A program made the position numbers and the translations under genes. This document shows positions 1 to 10,963 of a DNA stretch of 54,665 nt, in pieces. Origin of the DNA: a virus. Its lineage: Duplodnaviria; Caudoviricetes. The DNA is taken from positions 1-54,665 of the IMG/VR virus record IMGVR_UViG_3300020045_008445; one strand, 5' to 3'. Below the pieces are notes generated by a model. The model was not told the DNA's origin and made no database searches. It worked only from the letters and a program-made list of their open reading frames with translations. Position 1 is the first letter of the stretch; every line of letters starts with the position of its first letter.

Positions 1-1528
1 CTTTCGGCAAATCTTTTGGCAGGGCTTCTATATCGCTTTTCATAGCAAAAACATCATCAGCAGGTTTTGCAGGCAATGTTAACTTTACAGTTTCGGGGTT
101 GCCTTCCGGGATATCTTCGAGTAGAACATCAATCCTTTTTGCATTGGGCTTCTTAAGAACAAAACCTGTAGACTGCACCGACAGACTACCATCAGCACTA
201 CTCCATCCGGTTTCAGCATCATTGATGGTATTTCCCTGTGCATTCACCTGGGCCATGGTAGGCACAATATAAGGCGGGGTTTCACTGGTAGGGCCAGCGG
301 CAAACATTGCCAATGTAAAAGGGGTGCCGGCACCACCGTAAGTGCCGGGCGTGCCAATAAATCGCTGGGTGTAACTTACACCATCGTATAAATACACTGC
401 GTAGTATGTTTTATCAGCATCAGTAAATACACGCTCCACGCTATTAAGTGGCGTTAAATAATCATCGCTGGTTAACGTTCCAAGGTCAACGGTTACGGTA
501 TTTACATCATCTTCAATATCTGCGAGCGTTACAGGCCTTTGGCTAATGTATTTCAGCATTGATGGCACAATAGTACCGCCGCCATAACCCCATGCTCCCA
601 CAGGCGCGCTAAGCGCATACACAAACACGGTTAACACATCATCAATTGTCTGGCGCACATTTAGCAGTATTAACGAAGTAAGCGGCCCGCGCACGATAGG
701 CAAAGCACCTATTTGCACAATGCCGCCAAAACCAACGTTAGTATTTAAAATTTCAGCAAGGTTGGCAGGTTCCGCGCTCTGGCCTTCATCAAGGCGAAAG
801 GTTACGTACTTATCGGTAACCACAGTTGTATCTTCCTGCTCCAAAAGTTCAAAATCGGCTTCAACACTTTGCAGTTCTCCCACGCCATACGCGCCGGGCG
901 TACCCTTCCATAAATAAGACGTAGCCACACCATTAACGCTGCCTTTAAATATTGTAAAACCTTCGCTTTGCGGTTGTATTGTAATTTCGTTAGCCTGGGC
1001 ATTAAGCCATTGCCAAACGCTGGTTGTAGTGGTAAAGTCGATGGTTACGGTAGTAGGATTTGTTATAGCCCCGGCACTGCCGCCAATGGTTTCTATCAAC
1101 TGCATGTTATCAATAGTGATAGGCGTACCACCAGTACCGTACGTACCCTTACCAAGGCCAATAAGTGCGTAAGTTATAACCTTGCTATTGTAGAAGTCTT
1201 CTACTGCAATACAATCAAAGTATACCGTGTTAGTCTCGTTTACTGTAAAAGAAGGCCCCGCGTTAATTTTGGCAGGGATAGTAAAGATGGTGTCATCCAT
1301 TTCAATATCCACTGTAATCTTAATAGGTACGTTGTCCTGCGTGAAAGAAGTTGATGGGAGGCTCATCTTTTTTGAAATGCCATTTACAGATACCCGTATC
1401 AAGGCATCATTTAAATCGGCAAGCTCTGCATCCGGGAACTCTTCTGTTTTCTTGGCATTATTAACGATTTGGCCCAGTAAATTTTGTATAGCTACAAGGC
1501 GGTCTAATATTACAGGATCTATTGGCAT
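1..1528 (-). CDS. Tail fibre / receptor-binding protein, N-terminal part (runs off window start; continues at window end)
   Basis: Open frame from ATG at 1528 (MPIDPVILDRL...) to position 2, absent from the ORF track; four GxY/WGxG motifs; downstream of tail genes; joins in frame to 53677..54665. Confidence 0.75.
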   Translation of the reverse strand, partial: MPIDPVILDRLVAIQNLLGQIVNNAKKTEEFPDAELADLNDALIRVSVNGISKKMSLPSTSFTQDNVPIKITVDIEMDDTIFTIPAKINAGPSFTVNETNTVYFDCIAVEDFYNSKVITYALIGLGKGTYGTGGTPITIDNMQLIETIGGSAGAITNPTTVTIDFTTTTSVWQWLNAQANEITIQPQSEGFTIFKGSVNGVATSYLWKGTPGAYGVGELQSVEADFELLEQEDTTVVTDKYVTFRLDEGQSAEPANLAEILNTNVGFGGIVQIGALPIVRGPLTSLILLNVRQTIDDVLTVFVYALSAPVGAWGYGGGTIVPSMLKYISQRPVTLADIEDDVNTVTVDLGTLTSDDYLTPLNSVERVFTDADKTYYAVYLYDGVSYTQRFIGTPGTYGGAGTPFTLAMFAAGPTSETPPYIVPTMAQVNAQGNTINDAETGWSSADGSLSVQSTGFVLKKPNAKRIDVLLEDIPEGNPETVKLTLPAKPADDVFAMKSDIEALPKDLPK

Positions 1529-1552
1529 TTATTTGCGGATATTATGTTGCAA

Positions 1553-1560
1553 CAAATGTA
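1553..1560 (-). promoter_or_regulatory. Bacteroidetes -7 promoter element (TACATTTG) for tail-fibre gene
   Basis: Matches TAnnTTTG, ~25 nt upstream of ATG 1528. Confidence 0.6.
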
Positions 1561-1565
1561 AATAA

Positions 1566-1602
1566 AAATACGTTATTTAGAATGGTTCTAAATAACGTAT
1601 TT
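1566..1602. promoter_or_regulatory. Perfect 17-bp inverted repeat containing a Fur-box-like operator (ATTTAGAATGGTTCTAAAT)
   Basis: aaatacgttatttagaa-tgg-ttctaaataacgtattt; near-identical core at 16405-16423. Confidence 0.65.
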
Positions 1603-1639
1603 GCTGTAAATGTGTAATTTACTTTCTTAAATTTGCTAT

Positions 1640-1867
1640 ATGGGTTTTATAGCATTTCTATTTTTTGTACTTGTTTTTGGCGGCTGGGCCGTTGGCAAAT
1701 TAATCGGCAATATATTTTTTCCTGAACGCAACACCGGGGGTTATATCGACCGTTCCGTACATCATCACCATCATCACCATACGCATACGCATCAAAACCT
1801 TACTGTTATAGATGATGAAACCCATAAGCGTGCGCTGAAACAGGCTAAGAAAAATCTTAATACCTGA
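1640..1867 (+). CDS. Small membrane protein with poly-His tract (moron)
   Basis: N-terminal hydrophobic helix, HHHHHHHTHTH; opposite strand to tail genes; TAAATTTG -7 element at 1628-1635. Confidence 0.7.
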   Translation: MGFIAFLFFVLVFGGWAVGKLIGNIFFPERNTGGYIDRSVHHHHHHHTHTHQNLTVIDDETHKRALKQAKKNLNT

Positions 1868-3920
1868 TAAACCCACCTTCGTATTCTACCAATGCCGGGA
1901 TTTCTGTACTACTTTCATTAAAGCCATAAGCGCCATTTTCATTACTGTAAACGCCGCCGGTTTTTGTCATTTTAGCTTTTACAACATAAAGGTTGCTTTG
2001 CTCCAGCGGCCCTTCTACTTCAGGCAAAGAGTTCATAACATATTGCACACTGTCAATACTTACAATTTCATGCGATAATGCCATAACAATTTTACGCATT
2101 ATCTCTTTTGTTACAGGCTCAAATGTAAATTCATCTGATTCGTAAAGGTCAACTTTGCTTAGCCTGGTCGTGGTGTCTGTTCGCTGCATTTCACTCTCTC
2201 CATCTACAAGGCCGCCCACTTTAGTAAATAATTGGCGTATCCTGTGTGAAATACCGGTAGCATAATAAACATCGTTGTTGGTTAGGTTTTTATATGATAT
2301 ATCCAAGGTTCCGGCATGCCTTACCTTTACTGAAATAACCTCAGATAAATGCTGCAGGTCGGTAAATAAAGAATCCTCGTTATCGATGCGAACCCTTATA
2401 TCTTCATTGATAAAGTTTACCATATCGATGGTAAACTCGTAAATCTCATAGTTGAAGATATTGTAAATTGTGCTTACAATAATACTTACAGGAGCGCCAC
2501 CATAAGGGACCTCCAGCACAATTATATCAGCCCCGTACACATCATCATAGTAAATTTCTGAAACCTGGAACCACGCATTGTCTATCATAAATGAAGTGCC
2601 GAAAGTGGCCCAGTATGGCAGCGCCCCGTTTAAAGCATAATTACCGGTTGGCACGCCTGTATCGTAGTCATAGGTTTGGCCTGATTCAAAATAAATACCG
2701 GTTTTATTGTTCCCTAAATCTACTTTTATAGCATCACGGCTATCTTTAACTCCCATGTAATTTGATTTCTTAAGCACAGGGATATCCGTTTCGGCCCCGA
2801 TATCTTCATTAATTACGGTTGCAGTATTTACGGCATAATTGCTTTTAAACTGCGTGGTAATAATATCTGCAGTCTGGAACTGCTGAACCTCCATATAAGG
2901 CAAAGGCACATTTACTTCACAGCTTAGTGTATTTTCATCATTCTTATAGTTGGCAGCATCACCGAAAGTAATCCGATTTGCAAACCGGATACTGTTTGAC
3001 TTTGAAATATAAAAATACGGTGCCTGGCCTGCGCCAAATTCAGATATTGTGAAAGGCTTGTATTTCACGCACCCAAACTGATCTTTAATGTACAGCCAAA
3101 AATTACCTGGCAACAACCCTGTGAATAGATACCCATCGCTATATTCATCATCGGTAGGCACGTCCCCCGGCAATACAAAGATGTATTTAAAAATAAGGCC
3201 GTTTTGATTTGTATTCGATATAATGATCGTTGCACCGTTCGGGCTGTTATTTACATTTATCGTGTGGTTTTCCGGCGCTATCGATGCAGGTGTTTCAAAT
3301 GCCTGGGTTATAGTTATGGGCTGGGCCTGCGTGCTTTCTAAAATGATGTTTCCGGTGGTGCCGCGTAAATATTCAAAGTTAAATACCGCCGCGTTTACAT
3401 TTGTTGCTGTTACCGGCGAATACACATTTTTGATATTTATATTTGTGGTAACCCGAACTTTTACATGGGTGCATTTTTTTGCAGTATCATCCGGGACAAG
3501 GTATTCTATGCTTTCAATTAAAAAAGGTGTGTTGTTATTGTTGAATGCAAACGAGAATACCACATCGGCACCGCTTGGCCCTGGTCCAAAAGCATAACCG
3601 CTTTCCCATGTGTAGCCCGAAACATTTCCGTAATTTGAAATTATGGTAACCACATTTAAAGCACGGCTTACCTGGTGCTGGCCGGTGCCATTCATGTCAA
3701 GATTAAAGGCTGCAACAAAGTTAATGGCCGTGCGCTCCCCTATCGTATCAGTTGGCGTACCTTTTGTAACTTTATACGGGGCGTTACGCAAAGTGTCCCA
3801 CGTCCATGCCGGGTTAAGGCTTACGGTATTTATACCGTTCGAATATTGCCCGATAAGGCCTAATACTGAACCTTCTTTAAGGTCTTCGTTAAAAGTGATC
3901 GTTATTATATTTCCGGCCAT
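1857..3920 (-). CDS. Minor tail / tail-tip structural protein
   Basis: 687 aa, beta-rich, second gene after tape measure. Confidence 0.6.
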   Translation of the reverse strand: MAGNIITITFNEDLKEGSVLGLIGQYSNGINTVSLNPAWTWDTLRNAPYKVTKGTPTDTIGERTAINFVAAFNLDMNGTGQHQVSRALNVVTIISNYGNVSGYTWESGYAFGPGPSGADVVFSFAFNNNNTPFLIESIEYLVPDDTAKKCTHVKVRVTTNINIKNVYSPVTATNVNAAVFNFEYLRGTTGNIILESTQAQPITITQAFETPASIAPENHTINVNNSPNGATIIISNTNQNGLIFKYIFVLPGDVPTDDEYSDGYLFTGLLPGNFWLYIKDQFGCVKYKPFTISEFGAGQAPYFYISKSNSIRFANRITFGDAANYKNDENTLSCEVNVPLPYMEVQQFQTADIITTQFKSNYAVNTATVINEDIGAETDIPVLKKSNYMGVKDSRDAIKVDLGNNKTGIYFESGQTYDYDTGVPTGNYALNGALPYWATFGTSFMIDNAWFQVSEIYYDDVYGADIIVLEVPYGGAPVSIIVSTIYNIFNYEIYEFTIDMVNFINEDIRVRIDNEDSLFTDLQHLSEVISVKVRHAGTLDISYKNLTNNDVYYATGISHRIRQLFTKVGGLVDGESEMQRTDTTTRLSKVDLYESDEFTFEPVTKEIMRKIVMALSHEIVSIDSVQYVMNSLPEVEGPLEQSNLYVVKAKMTKTGGVYSNENGAYGFNESSTEIPALVEYEGGFIRY

Positions 3921-3927
3921 GATGCTG

Positions 3928-6207
3928 TTATTTTTTGTTGAAACTTAATAATTTCCATTTCCCGTTATCGTTGGGCTTAACATTGAATAAAAAGCCGCGC
4001 TCTTTTTCGCCTTTCTTATTTATAAACTCCACGGTTCCGTAAACATTCGGGATTGTTTTGCCTGCAATTACGGTGCTGCCATCAAGCATTTTGCTTACAT
4101 CGAAAGTTACTTCATGCTCAAACTCTATCCATTCCGGAATGTACCGGGCGCGCTCTAACTCTGAATTTACAATGTTGCCGTTTTCGGCATACTCATTGCC
4201 GTTTATATACGGGGCCGAAGGATTTACAGTAAGCTGCGTTTTTAGCCTGCTGTTTGCTTTTGATGCACCATACCTGATATAATCTGATGGGTACTTTGTA
4301 AGCCCGGCAGCAATGGCCCAGCCGTGGCGCAATAAAAGATTGAACGGAGAAAGCCTTAAATTGGTCGCCGTTTCAGGAGAATAAACACCTGTAGGTGCTT
4401 GCTGGAAATCATCCTGCCAAACCCTTTCTTCAAATACAGGGCCATCGCCACGCTTCAAATCCATTACAAAGATGTTATCATCATAGGTAGTGTCTTCACT
4501 TGGATAATTTACTTTTGGCTTGCGACGGGCAAATTCTTTACCGTAACTATCGGCCCGGTATTTACTCAGTTTGCTGTACGTATTTTTAAGCCTGGTAATA
4601 ACCGTTGTGTAATTAGATTTGATGTTGTATTCATCAAGGCCCATAGCTTCTTCATACTTTCCGTCCTGCTCATACCCTATCTCAATGGCAGAATAATAGT
4701 AATCTGTCGCAACGGTGCGGTGTTCTTTATTTACCTGGTTGGGCAGCCTAATTGTTACATTGCGGTTATAAAAATACTTAAGGTCTTCGATGCGTATATA
4801 TTCGCGGCGGCCTATGCGCTCTATCCCTAAGCCAATATTGCAAACAGCCTGCATAGAGGTATAAAAGTCATTCCACGATGTAGAAAGCGGCTTAAACGGG
4901 TTTATCTCCTGATCTGTACTTAACGGCAATTTGTCAAACTGGCGCACCCAAAACCCATGGGTAAACCCTAAGAATGCCCCGGGGCCGTTGCCGGCATATC
5001 CAATATCTGTGCGCCCGAAATAATCAGATTTTAGAATACCTGATTTGTTAGTCATTATTTCTACAAGCCTCGATGCCATTTCATGGGCCAAAATAAATTT
5101 AGATTGGCTTTGCTCTGCAAAACTATCTTCAATTACTGACATCTTGCCGGTTATGTTTGTAGCTGCTATTTTAAGGAAACCCTGATTATTTACCGGATGC
5201 CCCAACGTACTTTCAATATAGAATTCTAATGCAAGGCTTTCATCTTTTAGCAGGTCAATTGCGCCGCTCCATGTAACCTCATGGTTTGTAGCGGGACCTA
5301 AACCGCCACCGGGTATTGCCGGGCCGCCCAGCGCATCAATGCCGCCATTGCCATCGGTATCAAATATGATTATAGTATCACCGCGGCTATAATCGATACC
5401 GCCCCCGTATTTAGTAACAGAAAGGTAGAAGCGCGAATTTGAAGTATCGTTTTTTTGCTCAACGCTTGCGGTAAAAGAAACGTTCAGATTAATGTTTAAG
5501 GTTTTATCGGCTAATGCCGGTTCAAAAAACATAAATTCTGTGCCTCCTTCATTTTCATTTCCGTGGGTTTCAGGCGTTACACTTTGCGCCTCTTCGTGAG
5601 ATTGCGCGGTCATAATAAAGGGCACGCCTACGGTTTGCTTACGGGTATTGCCGTCCTGGCTTTCCACTCTAACGGTAGCCGTATTGTTATCAGGCTTTAC
5701 CTCATATCGTGTATCAAGTAGTATTTTACGGCCTTTAAGCAATACCGTTTCAACAGGCAGTTCCGGCAGCACACGGCCATCCATCGTATCGGCGCGGTCA
5801 AGCTCTGTATTTTCGCTTTCCCGGGTTTTTATTATTTGCTCAATGCCGCCGCTGTTAAACTTTAAAGACACGGTGTTGTCTTCAATATCCTTGGTAGACA
5901 AATCAAGCCATCCTTCATACCGCTGCTCCCAAAAATCTGTTTGCGGGTTTTGTTCACTTCTTGTCAGTCTTAAATCGGCGTTTACCCCGTAGATACCGTC
6001 AATAAGCAATATAAAGTCCATGGCATCGCCGCTAAACTTCAGGTTATTTGACAGCAGGGTAAACATGCCGTTGTAATCTTTATCCCGGGCATATTCTTTA
6101 TCATCGGTTTGCCATCCCTCCGGCTCCTGTATATCAAGGCTGCCGTAATCCCGGTGGTAAAGGGTGTACTTTACGCGCTCATCGTATGTTTGGTTAATTA
6201 GGCTCAT
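3928..6207 (-). CDS. Minor tail / tail-tip structural protein
   Basis: 759 aa directly after tape measure. Confidence 0.6.
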   Translation of the reverse strand: MSLINQTYDERVKYTLYHRDYGSLDIQEPEGWQTDDKEYARDKDYNGMFTLLSNNLKFSGDAMDFILLIDGIYGVNADLRLTRSEQNPQTDFWEQRYEGWLDLSTKDIEDNTVSLKFNSGGIEQIIKTRESENTELDRADTMDGRVLPELPVETVLLKGRKILLDTRYEVKPDNNTATVRVESQDGNTRKQTVGVPFIMTAQSHEEAQSVTPETHGNENEGGTEFMFFEPALADKTLNINLNVSFTASVEQKNDTSNSRFYLSVTKYGGGIDYSRGDTIIIFDTDGNGGIDALGGPAIPGGGLGPATNHEVTWSGAIDLLKDESLALEFYIESTLGHPVNNQGFLKIAATNITGKMSVIEDSFAEQSQSKFILAHEMASRLVEIMTNKSGILKSDYFGRTDIGYAGNGPGAFLGFTHGFWVRQFDKLPLSTDQEINPFKPLSTSWNDFYTSMQAVCNIGLGIERIGRREYIRIEDLKYFYNRNVTIRLPNQVNKEHRTVATDYYYSAIEIGYEQDGKYEEAMGLDEYNIKSNYTTVITRLKNTYSKLSKYRADSYGKEFARRKPKVNYPSEDTTYDDNIFVMDLKRGDGPVFEERVWQDDFQQAPTGVYSPETATNLRLSPFNLLLRHGWAIAAGLTKYPSDYIRYGASKANSRLKTQLTVNPSAPYINGNEYAENGNIVNSELERARYIPEWIEFEHEVTFDVSKMLDGSTVIAGKTIPNVYGTVEFINKKGEKERGFLFNVKPNDNGKWKLLSFNKK

Positions 6208-6210
6208 ATA

Positions 6211-9200
6211 TTAATTGTTGCGGCTAAGTTGTTTCATTTTCCAAAGCTCATGGTTAAGGTCGGTCTGTTTTTGTTGCTGAACAATAACGGTGGGCCTGTT
6301 GCTTTTTATGGCTTTCTCAATTGATTTAAGCTGATTTAACGTGTCAGCGTTAAAGGTGTTCTCAAACTGTTTCGCCTGAAATGTCTCCAATTTATGTTTC
6401 TCTGTAGCCATACCCTGCATTACCCGGGCGCGTTGCGATTGTTTAAAAGCGTCAACGGATTTGTGTACAGTATCACCTTCAAGAAGTTTAACGAGTGTGC
6501 TACGGGACGGTGTAATTTTTGTCTGACCGCTAACGCTTTCGATTACCTCAGATCGGCCACCGTCTCCAACTATCGCGAATTCCTCTTTACCGCCTTTACG
6601 CCCGTCTTTATATTTTGGTAACGGCGTAGCTAATATAGTTGCGGTTTGTGCTGCCGCTGTACCAATTGCCAAAGGAATATTTGCGATTCTGTAGGCAGCG
6701 CCACCTACGCCAAATGTAATGCTATCCAATGCTGCAGCTGCAAGATTTATAGCGGTCAATGTTTTGGCAAGGTCAACGCCTATTTGCCCTAATGCTAAAA
6801 CCTTATTGAAAATAGCAGCTTTTATTTGCTCCTTACGTTTTTTATCTTCAAGCTTTTCACGCTTCTTTTCGGCTTCTTTTTCTAACAGGTCTTTTTTAGA
6901 CTGGTCATCACCGGCCAATTCTATTTGCCTGTCGTAATAATCCTGCTGTTTACTTATTTCGTTATCAATAGCAGATATTCGCCTATCCAATAAAGCATTC
7001 GTGAGGTCTGCCAAAGAATCATATAGTTCTTTAGATAATTCGTTTACTGTCTCTGAAAACTTCTTTTCGGCCTGGGTCTTACGGTCAGTATTCCTGATGT
7101 AATCCCCCGTCTCTGTATCGCTATAGTTTTTTTTAGCGGTAGCCAGTGCATTAGCAATAATTTTTCGCTCGCCTGATGATAATCTATCCGATTCATCCTT
7201 TGCATCATTTGAGTCCAACAAGTTCTGCAAATCATTTATCTCTAATTGTAAAGATTTTAAATGCGCCTGCTTCTTAATTTCATAGATTCGATCTTCATGT
7301 TCTATCTGAGCACGCTCTAAAAGTTTTTGATTGCCTTTTGCTGCATCAAGTTGAAGTTTATATAATTGATTTTCTGCATCTAATGATTCCTGAAGTCTAG
7401 TATCTTCATCTAAAACTTTAGCATCAATTCCTTTTTTAATTCTACCTGCCTCCGCATCAATAATCTTCTGACGATTGAATGCCTCTTTTTTGGCGGCATC
7501 AGTTAACGAAGCCTGGTATTGCTCATAAATCAGCTTTTGCGCGGCGGTTAATTTCTCGCTGGTTTTGCCACTACGTAAAAGTTCGCTTATTTGCTTATCA
7601 GAAAGCTCACGTACAAGCTTGCCGGTTTCTTCATTGTATTTGCCAAGTTGCTGCAAAGAGTATTCTGCCTGCTCTTTATTTTTGGAATTTAATAATTGAT
7701 TTGCTTCGGCATTTGCATCAATCCGTTCTTCAAGATTAGATCTTTCGGCATCTACAATTTCCTGGTTAAGGTCAATGCTGTTTTGCAACCTGAACTGCCG
7801 AAGCTTAAATTCATTCTCCAGGGCGGTACGCTCGTCATTGTATCGTTCTTTCAACGCTTTTAAACGGGCGGCCCGGGCTTTTTTACTTTCCTCATCCTTA
7901 CTTTCAGCTTCTTTTAATACGGCATCTTTGTCAAGCTCTGCCAATTGCTTGTAAAGTCGCTTACGCTCTTCTGCTGAAAGCTCATTGCTTTTTCTAAATG
8001 CAGAAACTAATGTTGCACGCCTAATTTTCTCAGTCGCTATTTCATCCTGAAGATCATTATAGCGGGCGGGTGCAAGACCTGGCGCATCACGTTCTTTTCT
8101 AAGCTGCGCAAGCCTCTCATTGCTTTGGTCAATAACCTTTTTATTGTATTTCTGGCCATTGATGCTTATTTGAACAACGCTTTCAATGCTGGCCTGTAAA
8201 ACTGCTTTTTTCCTTTCTATTTCTTCATCATCCAGTTTTTTAGAATCTTCACCCTGAGCTTTACGCAGCTTCATTTCATATTCAATATCTCTAAACCGTT
8301 GCTGATTTGCTTTGTCGCGTTCTGTAGAATAATTCGCCTCGGTATTGCTAAGATATTTATTCGATTCAGCAATTGAATTTAGAAGCCTTTCATGTTCGCT
8401 TAGTTTTTCATTAAACACTACGTATGCTACGGCTACGGCTGCCAGCGCAGCTAATATTACACCCCATGGCGTTGCGGCAACGGCCACGTTCATTTCTTCC
8501 TGTGCCACGGTTGCGGCTCTTATTGCAGCGGCCTCAGCAAGCACGCTTTCTGTACCTATGCCGGTGGCTAATGCAAATCGTAATTGCGCAGCGGCAGAAG
8601 CGGCCTGTAGTGCCGTCCATATACTTGTAGCCAGGTTGATTGCTTTTTGAACTGCAAGGAAAGTAAGCAATACAGTACCGTATTTAACCACGGCGTTGAT
8701 AATACCGGAAAGGTTATCCCTTAAGTATCTTAAAGCGGTTGTGATTTTACCTGTGCCCTGGTTGGCATCATTAGTAACAAGTATATATTCCTGCCATTTG
8801 TCTTTGATATCGCCAAGTATCGAACTGATACTTTGTGAAGCGGCTTCAACTTCTTTATTCAAAGCGGCATTGGCCTTATATTCTTCGTTAGCGCTACTCA
8901 TTGCGCGTTTAAGCAAATCATAGTTTATGGCCAGTGAACCAACAACGGTAAATGCCCTTTTTTCTTTCAAGTCAAGATCATCAAGCACATTCTTAAGGTT
9001 GCCGCCTTCATTTTTTATTTTATTAAGACCGCCCACGAATTTTAAGAAGACCCCACCCGCATCACTATTAAACTGATCTGAAAGTTCTTTTTGTGTAAGG
9101 CCGGTAAGCTTCAGTACTTTTTGCAGGTTGGCGCCATTCGCTACAGCATTATTAATTACCGCGTATGTAGATTGTATAGCGCTACGGGATGCCTCAGCTT

Positions 9201-10380
9201 CGCCGCCAAGGGCAGCGGTTGCCGCACCTATACCAAGTATACTTTGTGCTGTAGAATTATATACAGCCGTACCCTTTTGAATCTCTGTCGCGTTCGCTAA
9301 TACTTCAGCCTCCGTGGCTGCAAAATTGTTGCCTAATTGCGTTATTACCGATGCCAGGCGGTCGGCGTTCTCAAAGCTATCAGAAGACACCTCAATGAAT
9401 TTTGCAAAGTTTTGAACCTGCTCTTCTGAAATGATATTTGATGTAAGCTTCAATTTTTCTATAGCCGTGGAAAACTTTAAAATGTTACCGGTACCACGCA
9501 CCCCTAACTGTCCGGCAACCTCTGATGCCTGCAATAACCCCTGAATTGAAACACCTTCAAGTTTACCGCCCAGGTCAACAACTTCACGGCCAAATTGCTT
9601 TAAAGCTTCGCCGGTAATGTTTGTGGTTTTACCTACGGCAATTATCTGCCTGTCTACGTCTTTTATTACGCTAAACACATCGCGCATAATGGTAGCAAAC
9701 AATGTAATACCGCCTACAAGTCCAAAGGCTGCAAATACACTCCGCAACGTCCCGCCCAGTCCATTAAACGCAGAAGCATAATTACCGATATTTCGAGTAT
9801 AGTTTCGAGTAGCGGCATCAACGGCGCGCAACCTGGCATCCAGCCTTTCAAATTCAACCGATGCCGCCCTGATTGCTGCTGGCTCACGGTTCTCTGCAGC
9901 TAATAAGCTTGCTAATGCAGCCTGAGCCTCATTCCTGCGTTTTACCAATAACGCATACGCACTATTTTGGCGGTTAAACGTGTCTATATTACGTTCGCGC
10001 TGGCCTTGTAGTCTTAATTCGGCAACCCTTTCGCGTTCGGCATTATTTGCAGAAGTCCGTGAGTTTCTTGCCGCTGTTGCATCTGCCCTGTTTCTTTGTT
10101 CCCGTGTTGTGGTTAACCCTCTCTCTGCGGTTTGTAATGCATTGAGCGCCGCAAGTGCTTTTTCATCAGCAATTCGCATTGCATCCCGCTGTGTGATATA
10201 TTGCTGATGGTTGCTTATTTTACCACTATTAGCCACGATTGCAGACAACTCTTTAGCAACAACAATTAATTTGTTATTTGCTTCTACCGCTTTATTAAGG
10301 TTGTTTGCATAGTCTGCCCCAAAGTTAAGGGCATCATCAGAGAACATGTCTTTTCTTGTAATTACCCCACCTTTAGCCAT
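6211..10380 (-). CDS. Tail tape measure protein
   Basis: 1389 aa, Ala/Lys/Glu helical, TP901-like TMP core, hydrophobic segments, C-terminal YKDGRKGG...AIVGDGGRSEVI motif. Confidence 0.92.
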   Translation of the reverse strand: MAKGGVITRKDMFSDDALNFGADYANNLNKAVEANNKLIVVAKELSAIVANSGKISNHQQYITQRDAMRIADEKALAALNALQTAERGLTTTREQRNRADATAARNSRTSANNAERERVAELRLQGQRERNIDTFNRQNSAYALLVKRRNEAQAALASLLAAENREPAAIRAASVEFERLDARLRAVDAATRNYTRNIGNYASAFNGLGGTLRSVFAAFGLVGGITLFATIMRDVFSVIKDVDRQIIAVGKTTNITGEALKQFGREVVDLGGKLEGVSIQGLLQASEVAGQLGVRGTGNILKFSTAIEKLKLTSNIISEEQVQNFAKFIEVSSDSFENADRLASVITQLGNNFAATEAEVLANATEIQKGTAVYNSTAQSILGIGAATAALGGEAEASRSAIQSTYAVINNAVANGANLQKVLKLTGLTQKELSDQFNSDAGGVFLKFVGGLNKIKNEGGNLKNVLDDLDLKEKRAFTVVGSLAINYDLLKRAMSSANEEYKANAALNKEVEAASQSISSILGDIKDKWQEYILVTNDANQGTGKITTALRYLRDNLSGIINAVVKYGTVLLTFLAVQKAINLATSIWTALQAASAAAQLRFALATGIGTESVLAEAAAIRAATVAQEEMNVAVAATPWGVILAALAAVAVAYVVFNEKLSEHERLLNSIAESNKYLSNTEANYSTERDKANQQRFRDIEYEMKLRKAQGEDSKKLDDEEIERKKAVLQASIESVVQISINGQKYNKKVIDQSNERLAQLRKERDAPGLAPARYNDLQDEIATEKIRRATLVSAFRKSNELSAEERKRLYKQLAELDKDAVLKEAESKDEESKKARAARLKALKERYNDERTALENEFKLRQFRLQNSIDLNQEIVDAERSNLEERIDANAEANQLLNSKNKEQAEYSLQQLGKYNEETGKLVRELSDKQISELLRSGKTSEKLTAAQKLIYEQYQASLTDAAKKEAFNRQKIIDAEAGRIKKGIDAKVLDEDTRLQESLDAENQLYKLQLDAAKGNQKLLERAQIEHEDRIYEIKKQAHLKSLQLEINDLQNLLDSNDAKDESDRLSSGERKIIANALATAKKNYSDTETGDYIRNTDRKTQAEKKFSETVNELSKELYDSLADLTNALLDRRISAIDNEISKQQDYYDRQIELAGDDQSKKDLLEKEAEKKREKLEDKKRKEQIKAAIFNKVLALGQIGVDLAKTLTAINLAAAALDSITFGVGGAAYRIANIPLAIGTAAAQTATILATPLPKYKDGRKGGKEEFAIVGDGGRSEVIESVSGQTKITPSRSTLVKLLEGDTVHKSVDAFKQSQRARVMQGMATEKHKLETFQAKQFENTFNADTLNQLKSIEKAIKSNRPTVIVQQQKQTDLNHELWKMKQLSRNN

Positions 10381-10963
10381 TGTGTTTGTCCTTTTTTAAT
10401 TGTTGTTCAAGCGACTTGGTTTTAGCCTCAACCTGCTTTTGTAGCGCAAAGAATTTTGTTACAGAAATTATATTGTAGTCATAATCAAACCCAAGTATAA
10501 GGCTGTAGCTGGCCAGTATGTCATCGATGCTTTCTTTATCGCCTTCAGGTTCGGTGCCATCTTCATTCTTTTTTGGCAGCTTAGCCTTAAGCATGTTTGC
10601 TTTTAAGATGAGGGATTTGCTTTCACGCTCAATACGCTCAATACTCTGCATATATGTCGAATTGTTGATGCGGTATCCATAGCTTACAAGTGTTTTATAT
10701 AATTCATCATCCCAGTCGAACTTAAGGCACTCGCATATCATTAAAATAGCCTTACGCTTTAGAAGTATAGCATCAATCTGAATATGAATTTTAAGGGTTT
10801 TAAAGCTGCCTTTATCCAGGTCGAGATACTTTGCGTACAGACCTTCCCACGCTTCTGCCAACTTTTCAAGATTCTTTTCTTTGGGGTTTAGCAATTGAAC
10901 ATTGCCAGTATCAATAATGGCAAGGCATGTTTTAATTGGCAATGTATCTAATGAGTAAATCAT
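10373..10963 (-). CDS. Putative tail assembly chaperone
   Basis: Immediately upstream of TMP. Confidence 0.45.
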   Translation of the reverse strand: MIYSLDTLPIKTCLAIIDTGNVQLLNPKEKNLEKLAEAWEGLYAKYLDLDKGSFKTLKIHIQIDAILLKRKAILMICECLKFDWDDELYKTLVSYGYRINNSTYMQSIERIERESKSLILKANMLKAKLPKKNEDGTEPEGDKESIDDILASYSLILGFDYDYNIISVTKFFALQKQVEAKTKSLEQQLKKDKHNG

